DNA of 63,524 nucleotides, the filler included, from Basidiobolus ranarum (lineage: Eukaryota), in NCBI GenBank assembly GCA_040143965.1. It is 4 parts of 4 records of this genome, joined end to end, with 100 filler letters (N's around TTAATTAATTAA, not from the genome) between each part and the next. Parts side by side here need not be neighbours in the genome. Positions count along the whole stretch, not along the records: positions 1 to 15,835 come from JASJQH010007240.1; positions 15,936 to 31,749 come from JASJQH010007241.1; 2 more parts are not named here. One strand, written 5' to 3'. The notes beneath the pieces were generated by a model. The model did not search any database. It saw only the letters and a program-made list of their open reading frames with translations, and was not told the DNA's origin. Below, piece after piece: positions 14,945-28,426 of the stretch. Position 1 is the stretch's first letter, and every line of letters begins with the position of its first letter. A program made the position numbers and the translations under genes.

Positions 14945-15330
14945 CAATGCATTCCATTTTGTCCACTAAAACAGCAACTCTTTTAATTAGTACTTTATTT
15001 TCTTCTCCTGGTTTCATCTTTAAGTTTTAGAATTGTCTTCTTAGAAACATCTTATTTGCAGCATAACATGTTTGGTAGATGTATTCCAAGGCCTTGCATA
15101 CCTTTTAGCAGCTTTGACTGTAAGATTGAATTAACAAGTTTTCTTTAACATTAAGATAGATGGCACTAGAGGTACTCTATTCTTTTTTAACTTTGAGTAA
15201 AACTTTGGTTTCAGATAGATTTGCAGTGTTTTTTTCTCCTACAATAGTATCCCAAAACCCTTTTTCTTGCAGTAGCAATTTCATTTTAATCTTGCAAACT
15301 TAATAAATGACCATAATAGAAATTTGAGAA
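14945..15330 (-). mobile_element. Degenerate Ty1/copia gag remnant
   Basis: Minus strand reads ..KMKLLLQEKGFWDTIVGE.. and ..ANKMFLRRQF*NLKMKPGE.., homologous to the gag starts at 15725 and 59665; contains stops and frameshifts. Confidence 0.7.
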
Positions 15331-15431
15331 TTGTTATTGTAAGAATAATGTAACAATTTTTAGTCTTTTTGATTGACTATTCACTTACCATCATAAAATT
15401 GTCAAGTAGGATCTAATTTTACCCATTTTTT

Positions 15432-15835
15432 TGTTGAAATTAGCATTGCCTAAACACCTATATAGTCATATATAACTTAGTAATTAGTTATCTTATAATT
15501 CACTAAGATATTATCAATTATTCTCAATCAGAATTTACTTAGAATATTTTTACCAACTTAGAAGTTCTCAGATATATAGATTTTTCAAACTTGTGCTAGA
15601 AGCCCCAAACTTTGCACACATGTTGCTGGGACCTTCCTTAACATATTCTACATGTTAGTTTGCTTACATCTTGACAAAACTATAAGTGTCAACTTTCTAC
15701 TCAAATTTATGGAACTTTTCCTTGTTCTGAAAAATTGGATGGAACCAATTATCAAGTTTGGAAAATGAAAATGAAAATGCTGCTGCAAGAAAAAGGACTT
15801 TGGGACACTGTTGTAGGAGAAGAAAACAATGCAAA
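15432..15835 (+). mobile_element. Copia LTR (family A, 3'-truncated) followed by gag N-terminus, cut by assembly gap
   Basis: TGTTGAAATTAGC start shared with copies at 39678, 46901, 47181, 59263 and 59752; then EKLDGTNYQVWKMKMKMLLQEKGLWDTVVGEEN (copia gag N-terminal motif). Confidence 0.8.
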
Positions 15836-15935
15836 NNNNNNNNNNNNNNNNNNNNNNNNNNNNNNNNNNNNNNNNNNNNTTAATTAATTAANNNNNNNNN
15901 NNNNNNNNNNNNNNNNNNNNNNNNNNNNNNNNNNN
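15836..15935. other. Assembly gap / artificial contig spacer
   Basis: 100 nt of N with central TTAATTAATTAA (stops in all six frames). Confidence 0.97.
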
Positions 15936-17110
15936 ATTCCATTCTCTTCTAATTCCACCAAGGCTTCTTTGATTGTGGCTAATTCCTCTTGCGTTTGTCG
16001 TAAATCCTCTATGACCATTTCAACATCGGCCTCCCGAGAGCTTGAATGATTCAACAGTGACTTTGATGAATCCAGCTCCTTTGAGGTACCGAATGTGAGC
16101 ATATGACTTTGTGCTTCTTCATCTTCCAACGGAAACAAGGACTCCTTTGAGGCTTCACTCTCCTCCTCTGCGATACTATCACTGTTATATTGATTATTCA
16201 AACCCTTCTTAAAGCGTGAATTGATGTTGTCTTCATCGCTATCAGATACATCTTCAACTATGCATGTCTCGTGGTAATCGGGTTCTTGGATTATTTTAAG
16301 CTGACTGGCTAGTTGCTCGTTTTTAGTCTGAAGTGTGAGGATTTTATCAACCATCTGGTGGCTTTCATCAATCAAATTTGTCACCTTGGAGACAAAGTTA
16401 TCAAGTGTGAACTTGGAAGATCCAGGTTCCAAGTGTTTTTCCGCTGTATTGTTCTGCTCGTCTGATAACAGAAAAAAGTCAGGAATTCGGAAATACAAAT
16501 GCCGTAGTAAATTGACAGTTTCTTCATTCAATTCTTGTAAATGATCAATATCTTGTATCGCTTCTACGAGTTGATTCTGAAGAGTTTTGATTTGTTCTTT
16601 TTTATCGTGAAGATCAAAATTCACTTCTTCATCTACTTTTAAATACTCCATATTGATTTGGGCCAATTTTGCTTCAAGTTCCTCCCGTTTATGTCGCTCT
16701 TTATCGGCCTCCCGTCGGTTTCGTTCTTTGTCGAGAAGTGCGGACTGTAAGGTTTTTTGTACCAAACTTCGAATATCTACCTCGGAGGTACCATTTTTTT
16801 GATATAATTCTTCTTCCAGTTTCTTCACTCTCAATTGATATTTGGCAACTTCCTGGCGTAATTTTTGATTCTCTTCTAAGTGTTGATCAATATGGAGATT
16901 GGTATCTTCATAAAACTCCAGTCGATCGTAAATAGATTTAGGTGAAAGTGAATATACTGGTGAGAGTGAATGAGAAGAACATAGTGAGGGAGATGATGGG
17001 ACTGAGGAACCTTGAGGAGCACTTGCTATGGAGTGTAGGTCGGATGACATGGAAGTGACATTTAAAGAAGTCTCTTGGTTAGGTAGATTGATTTTGCCGA
17101 TGCAAGTCAT
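15936..17110 (-). CDS. Long coiled-coil protein, partial (3' end in gap; 5' end uncertain, possible upstream exon)
   Basis: About 390 open codons, Ser-rich N-terminus, E/K/Q/L heptad-rich segments; runs into the Ns; a CTTTAG acceptor-like site lies just upstream near 17130. Confidence 0.75.
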
Positions 17111-18829
17111 TAAAAGCTCATTACTCGCCTAAAGAAGTGACGTTATAAAAGTGGGTCGATTCCAAAAGAAAAGATTGAGCTTAATAAGAGTTCAAGTGAC
17201 TTTCGATATGACAATTCAGTTTCGTTTTTCAAACACGCAAATAATCTTCCGCTGAACTGTAAACGTAACAGTAGTATACAAGGTGGAAACAAAAAAAAGC
17301 TGACCCAAGTGAATTATTTAAATAGACATGTTATAGCATATAATAACAATACGATCGAAACTCTTAAACTGCAAGGATTATTTAATCTTGCTCGAGAATG
17401 AATACAAATCCATAAAAATGCCAAGTGTAGGTATAGCCTCAATGTACGTTGGAAATATTCCGTTAGAGATGAAATTAAAATGGAAAAATTGATTATAGCT
17501 GGGATCCAGTTTGATGCATTTATAGCATGAATAGAAATTGTGGATTCAACTGTATTTACACATAAGGTTATCGTTTCAGAGATCTAGACAATTCATTTTC
17601 AACTCTTATACCGTCTCCCATCACCAATAAACCCACCTTGGCCATTGTAAGGAGTAAATCTTCTCTATCCAATATATTGGTTTCAAGTCGACAATATGAA
17701 TCAGTGAGAACGTTACAAAGGATTGATCAGAGAAGCGATTGGATCCAATGCGATTGTAAGCACCCCAAAGCACCCACCTTGAACAACAAGCCGAGCCGAG
17801 CGCTGGTAAAAGCAGCTCCAACATATCTGTGATAAGAAAAACACTGACGTGCTGAGATGCCTTCGCCTCCACATCTCCTGTAGATAATCTCAAGGCAATC
17901 GAAACTAATACCAGTCATGATGAGATTCGCACGCTGCCTGTCTACTCTAGGGCAGTCTACTTGGTAGGCTCTTGATGTCTGTGAGTCAGCCTACGCTTCC
18001 CATGAGAAGAACGAGAATAGAATGGTGCATGGAGATGGGCAGCTCTTGTGTAGACCATCTTTAATTTAAATCATCGCACAACCGAACGGCGCTTACTTGA
18101 GTTGGAAACCGACTATGGTAGATCGATGACTAACCCATTTAGCAAGCATCACCCCTTCCACCGAATTGATTGACTTCTAATCTGATATTTAGGGTCAAAT
18201 ACTACATCCCTCATTGGAGTGGGACAAATTAATTAGCTGCTGGTCATTGGTTTAGAGTAGCAACAAAATGAGCTCCCTTTATTACATCACCCATTATCGA
18301 ATACGGAGCGCTCAGTGGCCAAGTAACCTTTGCCTCATATTAGGTCAAAATTAAGAATGCACCATTACTAAACTTGGCAAGGGTGGGCCTCAAATGGAAA
18401 ACAATTAAATTTGCTAAATAACCTTGGGCCCTAATGAATCAGCAAGGTGATATCGAAACTCTCTCCTAGGTCCCATGAATAGCCCATCCAATGGTTTCAC
18501 CATTCATTATCCCATTCCCAGAAACATAAGCTTAACCGCCTCATTGTTACTTCTCGATGTTTGTCTAAAGTAGTCATGTTTATCGGCGCTGAGTATAGCG
18601 TAAGATCAGGTTTTTACGTGATTGGGCTGGGTCATTCATGATATTCTTAGGGATCCAATGGTTGTGCTGAGACGCCAAAAATTTACAAATGAAATTTATG
18701 TCATTCATACTGAGATGTCGAAAAAAATGACCAGATCAGATTGACCATTTTCATTCGATTTTGTACCCCCTTTTCTCAATATATCTTTCAGCTTATCATC
18801 ACTCCTCTTCTTTGTCTCCACAAACATTC

Positions 18830-20164
18830 ATGTTTTTTCCTATTCGAAAGATAGTATTGGTGTTGAGCGCCATATTTGGTTTCTACTTGCTCTTGAACCT
18901 TGCGTCTCCTTTCTCGTCAAAGTCCAACAAAGTACCCGCCCTATACAAGCTCAGAATTAAGCCTAATGAGAAGTTCATTACCTATTTGTCTCATAGCGGT
19001 TTCCATAACCAGCGAATTGAGTTAGAAAATGCACTCTTTCTAGCAAAGAAACTAAACCGTTCACTTTTGCTACCTCCGGCGATGCTAGGTCCCCCCTTAC
19101 CTTGGAGACCATTTAATGTATTGCATGATTGGTTGCTCTCGAAAACCAAAAAAAACCTGGATCATTGCAAGAAACTAAGCCTTAGCGAACTTCCTCTCGA
19201 GTGTACAGGGTACGAAACCTGGTCGAAATTACCATGGACCTATTTCTTTGACCTAAACCCATTATTAAGAGAGGTCCGTATTTACCAACGGGAAGAGTTT
19301 GACTATGATGAGCTCGAACAGTATGGAATCCATTCTTTCGAAGATATTCATTACATCAAGGATCAATCTACGTATGATTATATGATTTTGGATCAGAAAA
19401 ACGATACCATCCCTTTGAAGCAATATACTCGTAAAATAACTATTGACGAACTGGGTAAAATCGACCAGAAATTACTCTACTTCGGATCTATCTTTGGTAC
19501 TACTCGTGTTCAAGCAACTACACCGGAGACCAAGAAAGAGTTCAATAGCCTTCGTGAACGGATCATTTACAATACTGCACCAGTGCTTGATGTCACGAAA
19601 AATATTGTTCAGAAATTAGGTGGATCAAATAACTTCTATGGAATCCATTTACGTACATCTGATTACTTCTTCGCTGAAAATCTAGCAGAGAATGTTCAAG
19701 TTGTAATTGAGAACATGAAAGAGGTCCTTGCCACTCGTACCAAGAACAAATTCTATCCAGATCCTAAATCATCTGAGATCACAGTGTATGATCCTAACTC
19801 ACCACCTACATTGAAAAAGTGCATGGACAGGCCTCGACATGTTTCCTTTGCTTCACCTATCATATACTTGGCCACAGATGCTCGTAACGTTCGTCAGTCT
19901 AACGTCATTCGTCCACTCCTCAGTCAATTCCCTTGCACTTTCACCCTGGATGACTTCAAGTCTGACTTGTTCGAACTATCGTACCAGAGAAACCCAGTAG
20001 ATGAAATTGTATTAACGCCACACCTTATTCCCATGGTGGATGCTACGGTAGCATCGAGAGGAACTTTCTTTGTAGGCACACCCAAGTCCACATTTTCCAA
20101 GTATACACGTCGATTACATAGTGTATTTTTCGGTAAGGACGACCCTATCAAATTCCTGGTCTAA
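18830..20164 (+). CDS. GDP-fucose O-fucosyltransferase-like (CigA-like) type II membrane glycosyltransferase, intronless
   Basis: N-terminal TM anchor; YLSHSGFHNQRIELENALFLAKKLNRSLLLPP; GIHLRTSD; IYLATD; FVGTPKSTFS are all O-FucT family motifs. Confidence 0.85.
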   Translation: MFFPIRKIVLVLSAIFGFYLLLNLASPFSSKSNKVPALYKLRIKPNEKFITYLSHSGFHNQRIELENALFLAKKLNRSLLLPPAMLGPPLPWRPFNVLHDWLLSKTKKNLDHCKKLSLSELPLECTGYETWSKLPWTYFFDLNPLLREVRIYQREEFDYDELEQYGIHSFEDIHYIKDQSTYDYMILDQKNDTIPLKQYTRKITIDELGKIDQKLLYFGSIFGTTRVQATTPETKKEFNSLRERIIYNTAPVLDVTKNIVQKLGGSNNFYGIHLRTSDYFFAENLAENVQVVIENMKEVLATRTKNKFYPDPKSSEITVYDPNSPPTLKKCMDRPRHVSFASPIIYLATDARNVRQSNVIRPLLSQFPCTFTLDDFKSDLFELSYQRNPVDEIVLTPHLIPMVDATVASRGTFFVGTPKSTFSKYTRRLHSVFFGKDDPIKFLV

Positions 20165-21330
20165 TAATACATACTATTTAAGTTCCACCACCAACTCGAG
20201 AAAGAGTTGTAACATTATCAGTAAATTTACTGCTCTTAAACCACTGTGGCATTATTGATATCCTTAAAGGAATGATCCCTCGTTCTCCATCACCTACTTC
20301 GTTACAATCATCTCATTCACATTCTATATACAAGTTCTCATGCTATTTCATAAACGATTACAGTGATTCAACTCCGTTTTTGTATAAAATTTTAATAAAC
20401 TCGAATTCTTTTCATCCAATGGACATGGAAGCTAGACGTCATCGATCCCACAGTGAATGTACTATATATAGGATCGAGAGACTTGAACCAGGAATGAATT
20501 TAGTACTCAATACACATTCGGAGGAACGTGAATTTGTAAATCGAATCACTCCGGGTTCTTGGCAGCTCGTCTATTAATACACCAGTGTGATGATTTTGAC
20601 ATTTAATATTCCTTTGAGCCAATCATATGCTCACTTGGAATGAATTCAACAGTGGGACTTTCAAGGATAAGATAGAAGCTATTCCTAAATATACTCACAA
20701 GCTAGCAGTGGATAATAATGACCGGGATCATGGTGATAAGTATAGGATGTATTTTTAAGAATTACTACTAAACGCCACTTGGTATCTAGAAGTTGTTTGA
20801 AGCTAATAATAAAGGATTGTGGGGAGAAGTGAAATGCGTCAGAGAAATAGAAAACTCGATTAGGCAAGTCGAAGGAACCAATCAAGTACATCTATCATTA
20901 TGAAGAAATCTATTTTTGAATGGTTACATTTCTGGCGTTTTGTTTGCATGACGTTCATCATTTCATGGTAACTCGTTACCCACGAAGAGATACCCTGAAG
21001 GTGATGGCTATTATTAATAGACCAAGTATGAGTGAATGAACACTGCTTTATTAAAACAGCTCGATCTAAGCACCCAATAATGAGCTCATATTGCTAAGAA
21101 AATAATTGTGAGCGGAGCAAGAGGATTTGAAAAAATATGGTCAGTAAAATGTGGGTACTTGTGAGGACTTTAATTACATTAAAATTACAGTCGATTTTGA
21201 TAACAAAACTTAAAGGCTGACTAAATAAAGGGACTGGGAATTGGACAGTAGAGGTTATGTAGAACAATCAAAAGAATTTTCATTTTTCCCTAAGCTTCTT
21301 ACTTATTGTTATCAACATTCGGTATCTTAT

Positions 21331-22334
21331 TTACGTGGAAGATATCAAGCCAATTTCATCCTCTTTAAACTCTTCCCAATCGTCACCATTCTCAATGTTG
21401 ATCTCTTTGTTTTTCTTAGCTAATATGCTGAAGATAAATGGCACCGCTGAGATAAGAAGCAGCTTACCCATAAACCATGGGTTTAGTATGTCTGATATTG
21501 AGTCTACCTTGGAAAGCATTTGACCAGCTTCGACTGTAACAAAATTGTATGGAATGATGCCCAGCATACATGTCATAAAAAAAACCCATACGGGCACTCC
21601 GACAAAAGGAGAAACAATATTGATCAACCTAGAAGATGACAACAGAATGCAAGTATTAATAACAATGCTGTCTACAGTTATTCATATCAGAACTCACCAG
21701 TATGGTGCGAGGGGGAAGAGTCGAAGAGTTAGCAAATATAGGAACATGGAAGAACGATTCTCTTCGATCTGGGTTCGAAGTTTGGACAGATGCTTCGGGA
21801 TACAATGTTCCAAAATCTCTGCACCAGCGAAGTAGAATATGTAATAACAAAGAGTTGATCCAAACGCAGTAAGAAAGCATAACAGGGGAACGCTAGCCAT
21901 TCCGTAGAGTGCACCAGCAATCAGATTCTATTAATAAACAAGCAAGCGTTACAAAGGATTCAACTAGTAAAAGGTTATTTTGTCGCAAGTACCAAAAGGA
22001 TAGATCCTGGAACACAGAAGGTCTGCTTCCATAGGTATAGGAGACAGAAAATGATGAATATCCTATTGTGACCCTCCTCGTTCTTATCTGTATAATCTTT
22101 CAATACTTGGACATCATATTTTGCATCCTCGAGGGTAGAGGGAAGATGAAGACCGGGGATAGTTGTGACCAGCAGAAGAATACACATCAAAGTAGAAGTT
22201 GCCAAGCAAATAATACATGAGATACGAAGTATGACACTTGTGCTAAGGATTTTTCGTTTCGAAAGTGTACAGATGCCCGAGTCGGACTCCGATCCTGTCT
22301 CAACAGTATTGAAGCGATGAAATATACCCCTCAT
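21331..22334 (-). CDS. TMEM41/TVP38 (VTT/DedA, SNARE-associated) membrane protein, 3 exons
   Basis: YLWKQTFCVPGSILL|NLIAGALYG..TAFGSTLCY..LRLFPLAPYW|LINIVSPFVGVP..GIIPYNF; GT-AG introns (exon 1 ends 21993, exon 2 starts 21927). Confidence 0.88.
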
Positions 22335-24453
22335 ATTATCAGTTGAAGATGCAGGTCCTCACTATTTATATCAAGGCAAAAATAATAATAAAGTGGGAAC
22401 TATGAAGAGTCAAGTGTCTATTGAAGAGTAGAATAGTCTTTTTGTAGGCGTGAATGTCCCTTTTAAGCAGTAAGATCTCATCAGCCGTCACTATGCATTG
22501 ATGCAATCTTGATGTTGGCGTGAAATTAAATGTGAGAAAATGATGATAAAACTTCAAATGTTGGATATCTGATCAATAGCAGCGAGTCTAGGATCAGATT
22601 GGTGGGTACGATCCAGCCTTGCAAAAAGATCCAAACTGACCCAGATCATTGGCTTGTGATTGATTATTCAAAATGAATGACAAAGCAAATCATCTCCCAG
22701 AGATTATGAGCACAATACTGCTATTGTAAACCTGACCAGTTAGACGGCTCTGCTGACGATTTCTCCATGGAGTTCGTACGTTTCACGAGAATCGGTCAAC
22801 TGTCATGATTAAGTAAGTTATCCAATGCATAGGATCATGTCTGGGTTATCAGTGCTATCAACATTCTATTTTCGTAGATGTAGCTAGTCTTTGCATGCAG
22901 AACATGGGAAACAAACACCATACTACTAAGGCTTAGTTAGTTTCACTAGCTTCGATTGTAGGGTCGTTCGCTTTCGTCACATCAGTGTTTGTACATAGAG
23001 TATCCCTCAACAACGAAACATCCCCAATTTACTATAAGAAATGTCGTTTCTAGATAGCAGTGGACATTGATCATAATCTGTTTTCACCCCAAACACCCAT
23101 TGAATCGAAACACTTGATCATGAATGTTGAGTGCCCACAATGAGGCAAGGCAGAGGTACAGGTAACTATAACGGATCCGTGTTGCATCGCATTGTAAACT
23201 GCTACGATCTATGCAGTTAGATTCTCTGATTCAACCGTCACAAGGACGACTCCAGCAGTAATCCTTATACAGTATCTGTTAGTGCTAACAAGGTTTTGGC
23301 ACCCAGATATTACAGTTACTCAGCATAGTTTATTAATTAATGTTACATTATATTGAAAATTGCCGGTTTCAAAACTGTTCAGGAGTTTTGGCAGACGGGA
23401 AGTTAGCTTGGCATTTTGACGTCTTTTGTGGCCCCTATCAAGAATCCCAATGATTGGGGGTATGGCTCATTGCCAACATAGTTCAGTCAATGCGCCAATT
23501 GATCTTCCCACTTATAGCGCCGTCACGGTTACATTTCCAACGCCTTTAGATGTGGCGCCAAAATAAAGTATAGACGTCCAATGGTACCTCAAATATATCC
23601 CTGCTCCAGTTTCAAGACTGCTATGATAATGAACCGGGAATGAGAACGCCAAATTTACGAAGTACGCGGAACGGAGTAATTTTGGGTTTGTGCTTGTCAT
23701 ATATCCCAGCTTTTCAGTGATCTATACCATTGAGACTGTATTTTTTACTAACTAACACACAAAATAAAGTCATATGTATATTCCAGCTTTAATATTGGGT
23801 TGAATTAAATATATTGAGGCTCGTGAGCGGCACTGGATGGAGTTTGCTAAACTATAGCAATAGCTTGGTATCCGGTGTCGCGCTCTTCATTCACTGCCTG
23901 AAGTCACGTTGCAGAATAACTGTATATAGGTCTGCCTGTCTATATATGCCTCACAGTAGATGACGAAGTATTGATTTCCATCATCGTTCGTGTGTTAATA
24001 AAGAACCTGCTTTAATGAGGTTTTTAATCTACAATATAGTATTCTTATCTATGCGTCTTATTTATATCACCTATCTTACACATCAATCCGTCCATTTGAC
24101 ATCGCATCATCTATTTATGCTGCTCACTCCTCATTCTGATATCTTAGCATTTAAGCATTACGTTTTACTATACCAAAAGTAGACCTGGCTATTTTAGATT
24201 CGCAACTTCAAAGTTATATAGTCCAATGATTGGGTAACAATTACTGGGTGGTACTTTCATTAGCATAGAGAGTTCGAGTAGCTCCCACGTGATCTGAAGT
24301 TATAGACAATCGCGAAATTATTACATATGGGGTAGACTATCTTTTATGTGGATATCATCCAAGCTCGAATTATTACCAACCTGTACCTAAAGAGCTTTAG
24401 AATTTATAAAAAGAGGTGTTCTAGAGTTAGAAACACAGTTTGCATAATACAAA

Positions 24454-26411
24454 ATGTCTTCAGATTCGGATAGGATTCTTCGTAGCCGAATCTCAAGACC
24501 AGAGTCATCTACACCAACACCAGCACGTAATGCGAGCTTTACAGGTCTCACACAAGGCAGTAGTCAAAATTCAGTATATATGTCCCAAGCGCCAAACTAC
24601 CAAACCTTGTTTTCTAATAGTCCTTTCAATACCACTCCTAGTTACCAGCATTCACCAACTACTATGAATTCCATATCCACTTCACATCCTAACTTGACGC
24701 CTCGTTCAACCACTCACTTTATACCTTACAGTGCCACCCCTACACTTTCAGTGAATCATAGCAATACGTTCAAGTTGAATAAAACCTCTCAACATCCGAT
24801 CATGACGCCTGGGCATATCCCAAGGATGATCTTTCCGGTAGCTACACCTGCTATTGCTACTCTTGGTAGTAACCTTCAAGGAGGTTATAGTACTTATGCT
24901 TCTCGTCTACGTGAAGGGGGTTCAAGTCTTATTGTTCCAGCAAATTTAGGAAAACGTGTATTACGTGATAAAGATGAGGATAGTGAGGAGGAGGATTTTC
25001 GAACTCCAATTTCGTCAAGTGCTAGCAAAGTATGGAGCCGTAAAAGGTTACAAAGACGTTGTTTGAGTTTGTAAGTGTCCGTTGTTTGTAGCCGTTATTG
25101 CTATTAGAACATGTTTTTTAATTTCAAATTTCAAATTCGGCTGCAAGTACTACAGCACAGCTGCAAGAAGCTGCCCAAGCTGAAGAGACTCTAGTGCCAA
25201 TTCGATTAGATTTAGATATCGATTATCATCATAAACTGCGTGATTTATTCTTGTGGAACTTGAATGGTATGTAGATTGTTGAATAATTATGATGATGAGT
25301 ACTTCCATCTTACTGAGTTTTTTTTTATTGTCGTTTCATCTGCAGAAACTTTATTTACTCCCGAGAAATTCGCCGAAATCCTTTGTGATGAATTGGACAT
25401 ATCAGCTAGTGTTCACGGCAGCAATATAGTTAATTCAATCAAGACCCAAATTCAACATTTTAAGACCGTGCTGGATTTGGATATTCCAACTGAAGATGCG
25501 CGAGTGGTGATCAATGTAATATTTTCATTATTTGAAGGATTCCATTTTTATTGACTAACGCTGGATTACAGCTTGATTTGCATGTTGGTCAAACCCATCT
25601 TAAAGACCAATTTGAATGGGATATTTATTCAGGCCTTTCACCAACTGATTTTGCGAGGCAATTGGCTAGTGACTTAGCGTTAGGAGGGGAGTTTGTTTCT
25701 TTGATTGCATTTACGATTCACGAGCAACTCTATCGCTATCGCCAAGAGAGACTTAGCTATGCGGATGAAATGGAGTATTCCGACATGACCACTCCACTGA
25801 CATCCGCCTTTAGATCCATGGAGGAAGCTGAGGATTGGGCTCCTAAATTGGAAAGCCTGTCTATGGAGGAATTGGAACGAATACTTATGGATAATGAAAG
25901 AAGTATCAGGTATATAAATTCATGCATTTTCAAAACCTGCGGTTTTAGCACCAAGCTAATCATAGATTCTCTCAGACGCTTGAGGAGAGACGCCTCGAGG
26001 TTTGTTATCAATCGTCCATTAGATTCTAAACCTAATAGCACTAGCAGAACTTCTTCGCCCTTGCCAAAATCAAAAACAAGACGTATATATTTATGCTACT
26101 GACATTATCAGTCATTGTTTTGTCTTTTAATTTAATATTTCTCTTTAGTGTCGGAATATAAAACCTCTCGTTTGCCCGTCGAGGAGCTTGAGACTTGGCA
26201 ATGTTTGCACTGTGGTATCGATGGTAAAAACACACCACTAGTTCGGCGTGGCCCAGATGGCTCTAAGGTTAATTATATCTCCTCATATTTCGTCGTATCT
26301 TAATTACTAATATTGAATATCGCTTCATAGACTCTCTGTAATGCCTGTGGTTTGGCTTGGCAAACTCGTGGTAAATTGCCAGAAAATCGGCTCAATATGT
26401 ATCGTAGTTGA
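24454..26411 (+). CDS. SFH1: SNF5-family chromatin-remodelling subunit Sfh1-like with C-terminal GATA-type zinc finger (multi-exon)
   Basis: YASRLREG; LVPIRLDLD..KLRDLFLWNLNE..FTPEKFAEILCDELD; KDQFEWD..PTDFARQLASDLALGGEF SNF5 repeats; CLHC..RRGPDGSK|TLCNACG; TGA 26409-26411. Confidence 0.88.
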
Positions 26412-26736
26412 TGTGAATTTCATTAATTTACGCATTGTAATTCATTCACTCTTTTCTTCCCTCTTTGACGCATTTCTTTACAACGTGTTCAATTTTTATA
26501 ATTTGTATTTCAAGTGATGTTGAATCTTTTCCAAAATAAGCTTTCGCACAAATTAGGAAATACTGAGTGTTTCACTTGATGTTGTAGATATAATTGGTAA
26601 TTCGACCTGGCTAAGCGATCAACTAAAATGATGGATAATATCGTCATTCATCCCCTAAATTGATATTACAACTTCTCAGTAGCAGTAATACCAAGCATAC
26701 AGACTAACTTCAACCCGTTATACTTTATTTCTCACC

Positions 26737-27822
26737 ATGACTGAACAACTAGTCACACTTCCTGTGTTTGAACAACTCAGTGAAAGAGTTTCAAGACTAT
26801 TAGGCTTCAACCCAGGCAAATTCACTCTTCAAGGTAGTTCTTTACAAAATTTCAAGAGTAAGCTTGCACCAGGATAGTAAGAAACGCAGTTTTTACTTCC
26901 TTTGCATAGCTATCCTCTAGCTGAGTTTCCTTCTTATTTTCAGTCATCTAAATATTATGACCAAGTATTAAAGTAACTACTTTATTTTCTCCAAAATTAT
27001 CTAGGTACCAATACTTACTTAGTTGGAACTGGAAAAGATAGACTGTTAATAGATACTGGTGAGGGAAAACCTGAATATCTACAAGCTTTAATATCTGCGT
27101 TAAAAGAACTTGGTGAAGTACAAATATTTGGAATACTCTTAACTCACTGGCATTATGATCATGTCAACGGTATACCTGGTGTATTGGAAATGTGCAAACA
27201 ACAGGGACTACATATTCCAACTTTATATAAACGAATTTATCCTGAACGTGATAACCCTGAATGGAAGTTTGAAAATATCGAAGACGGTCAAGTATTTTCG
27301 GTTGAAGGGGCTACCTTAATCGCTTATCACACACCCGGTCATGCCAAAGATCACTTTGTGTTTAAATTAAATGAAGAAAACTCTCTATTCGCTGGTGATA
27401 ATGTTTTAGGCCAAGGGACTGCCGTTTTCGAGAATTTGAAAGAGTATGTAGATAGTCTCTCTCGTATGTTGACTCTAAAACCAAAGATTATATATCCTGG
27501 ACATGGCCCTGTAGTAGAAGAAGGTACAAAAACTCTTGAGGAATACATAAAGCATCGTGAGGCTAGGGAGAAGCAAATATTGACCTTCTTGAAGAGTATT
27601 CAAGATGATCCAAGTTATAAAGATAAATATCTCTCCGCTCTCCAATTAGTAGAGAAGATTTATGCCAATTATCCTAAAGAGATATATCCTGCTGCTGAAA
27701 AGGTGGTCACTCTTCAATTAGAGAAATTGTATCTGGATTCTCGAGTAGTGTACAAAGTTTTAGAAGACGGTACAAAAGTATGGTCTTTATCCAACGACTT
27801 TACAAGTACTAATAACCTTTGA
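26737..27822 (+). CDS. LACTB2: LACTB2-like metallo-beta-lactamase-fold endoribonuclease, 2 exons
   Basis: NPGKFTLQ|GTNTYLVGTG..LIDTGEG..THWHYDH (HxHxDH); TPGHAKDH; GDNVLG; YPGHG; winged-helix-like C-terminus. Confidence 0.9.
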
Positions 27823-28426
27823 ATGAACAAACTTGTCACATGAATTCTTCCGAGTATTATTACTATTACAGTATGATGGACTTTATCGCTATACGTATGT
27901 ATGCACTTAACAGACTTGGAATTCAACCTTTTTCTATAATTGTATGGCAAAGAACATCGAAGTAGCTTAAGAAAACCCAATAATACTTCACATGCTGTCT
28001 GTATACTTGATTTATTGCAATTCAACACATAATATTGACCCGTTCTACATTGTCAATAACAAAATAAAATTAGCCACAATAACTTTAGCAATAAGCAAAC
28101 GAAGCAACTATAGATTAAGCTTAACAAGTATGCAATAGCTTCGTTTCATTTTAGCTAAACATGCAATTAGATATAGCACCAGTTTCGGTATATAATTTTC
28201 AACGCGAATAATCTTTTGCTGATGGTGAGATATCGAGAAATTACCGAATTGAAACTTGGAAGATTTCAGATAGTTCATGTGAGTCACCTAGAAATAACGC
28301 AATCGACCATATCACATAATCTTCAACTGCTGATCAGAGAATAAAACACAAAGACATATACACTAAGGTACAAGAAAGAGACTACACAAACTAGATCTAA
28401 TGCAAGGCATCATCACCCTCTATTCC

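Noticed and set aside
15880-15891. TTAATTAATTAA palindrome, repeated at about 31794 and 47685
   Set aside because: Embedded in N runs; an artificial six-frame-stop linker, not biological
17600-18200. GC-richer stretch with short ORFs on both strands
   Set aside because: No motif or gene structure recognised
24286-24291. CACGTG upstream of SFH1 (also at 58450)
   Set aside because: No phosphate link; compatible with background frequency or other bHLH factors
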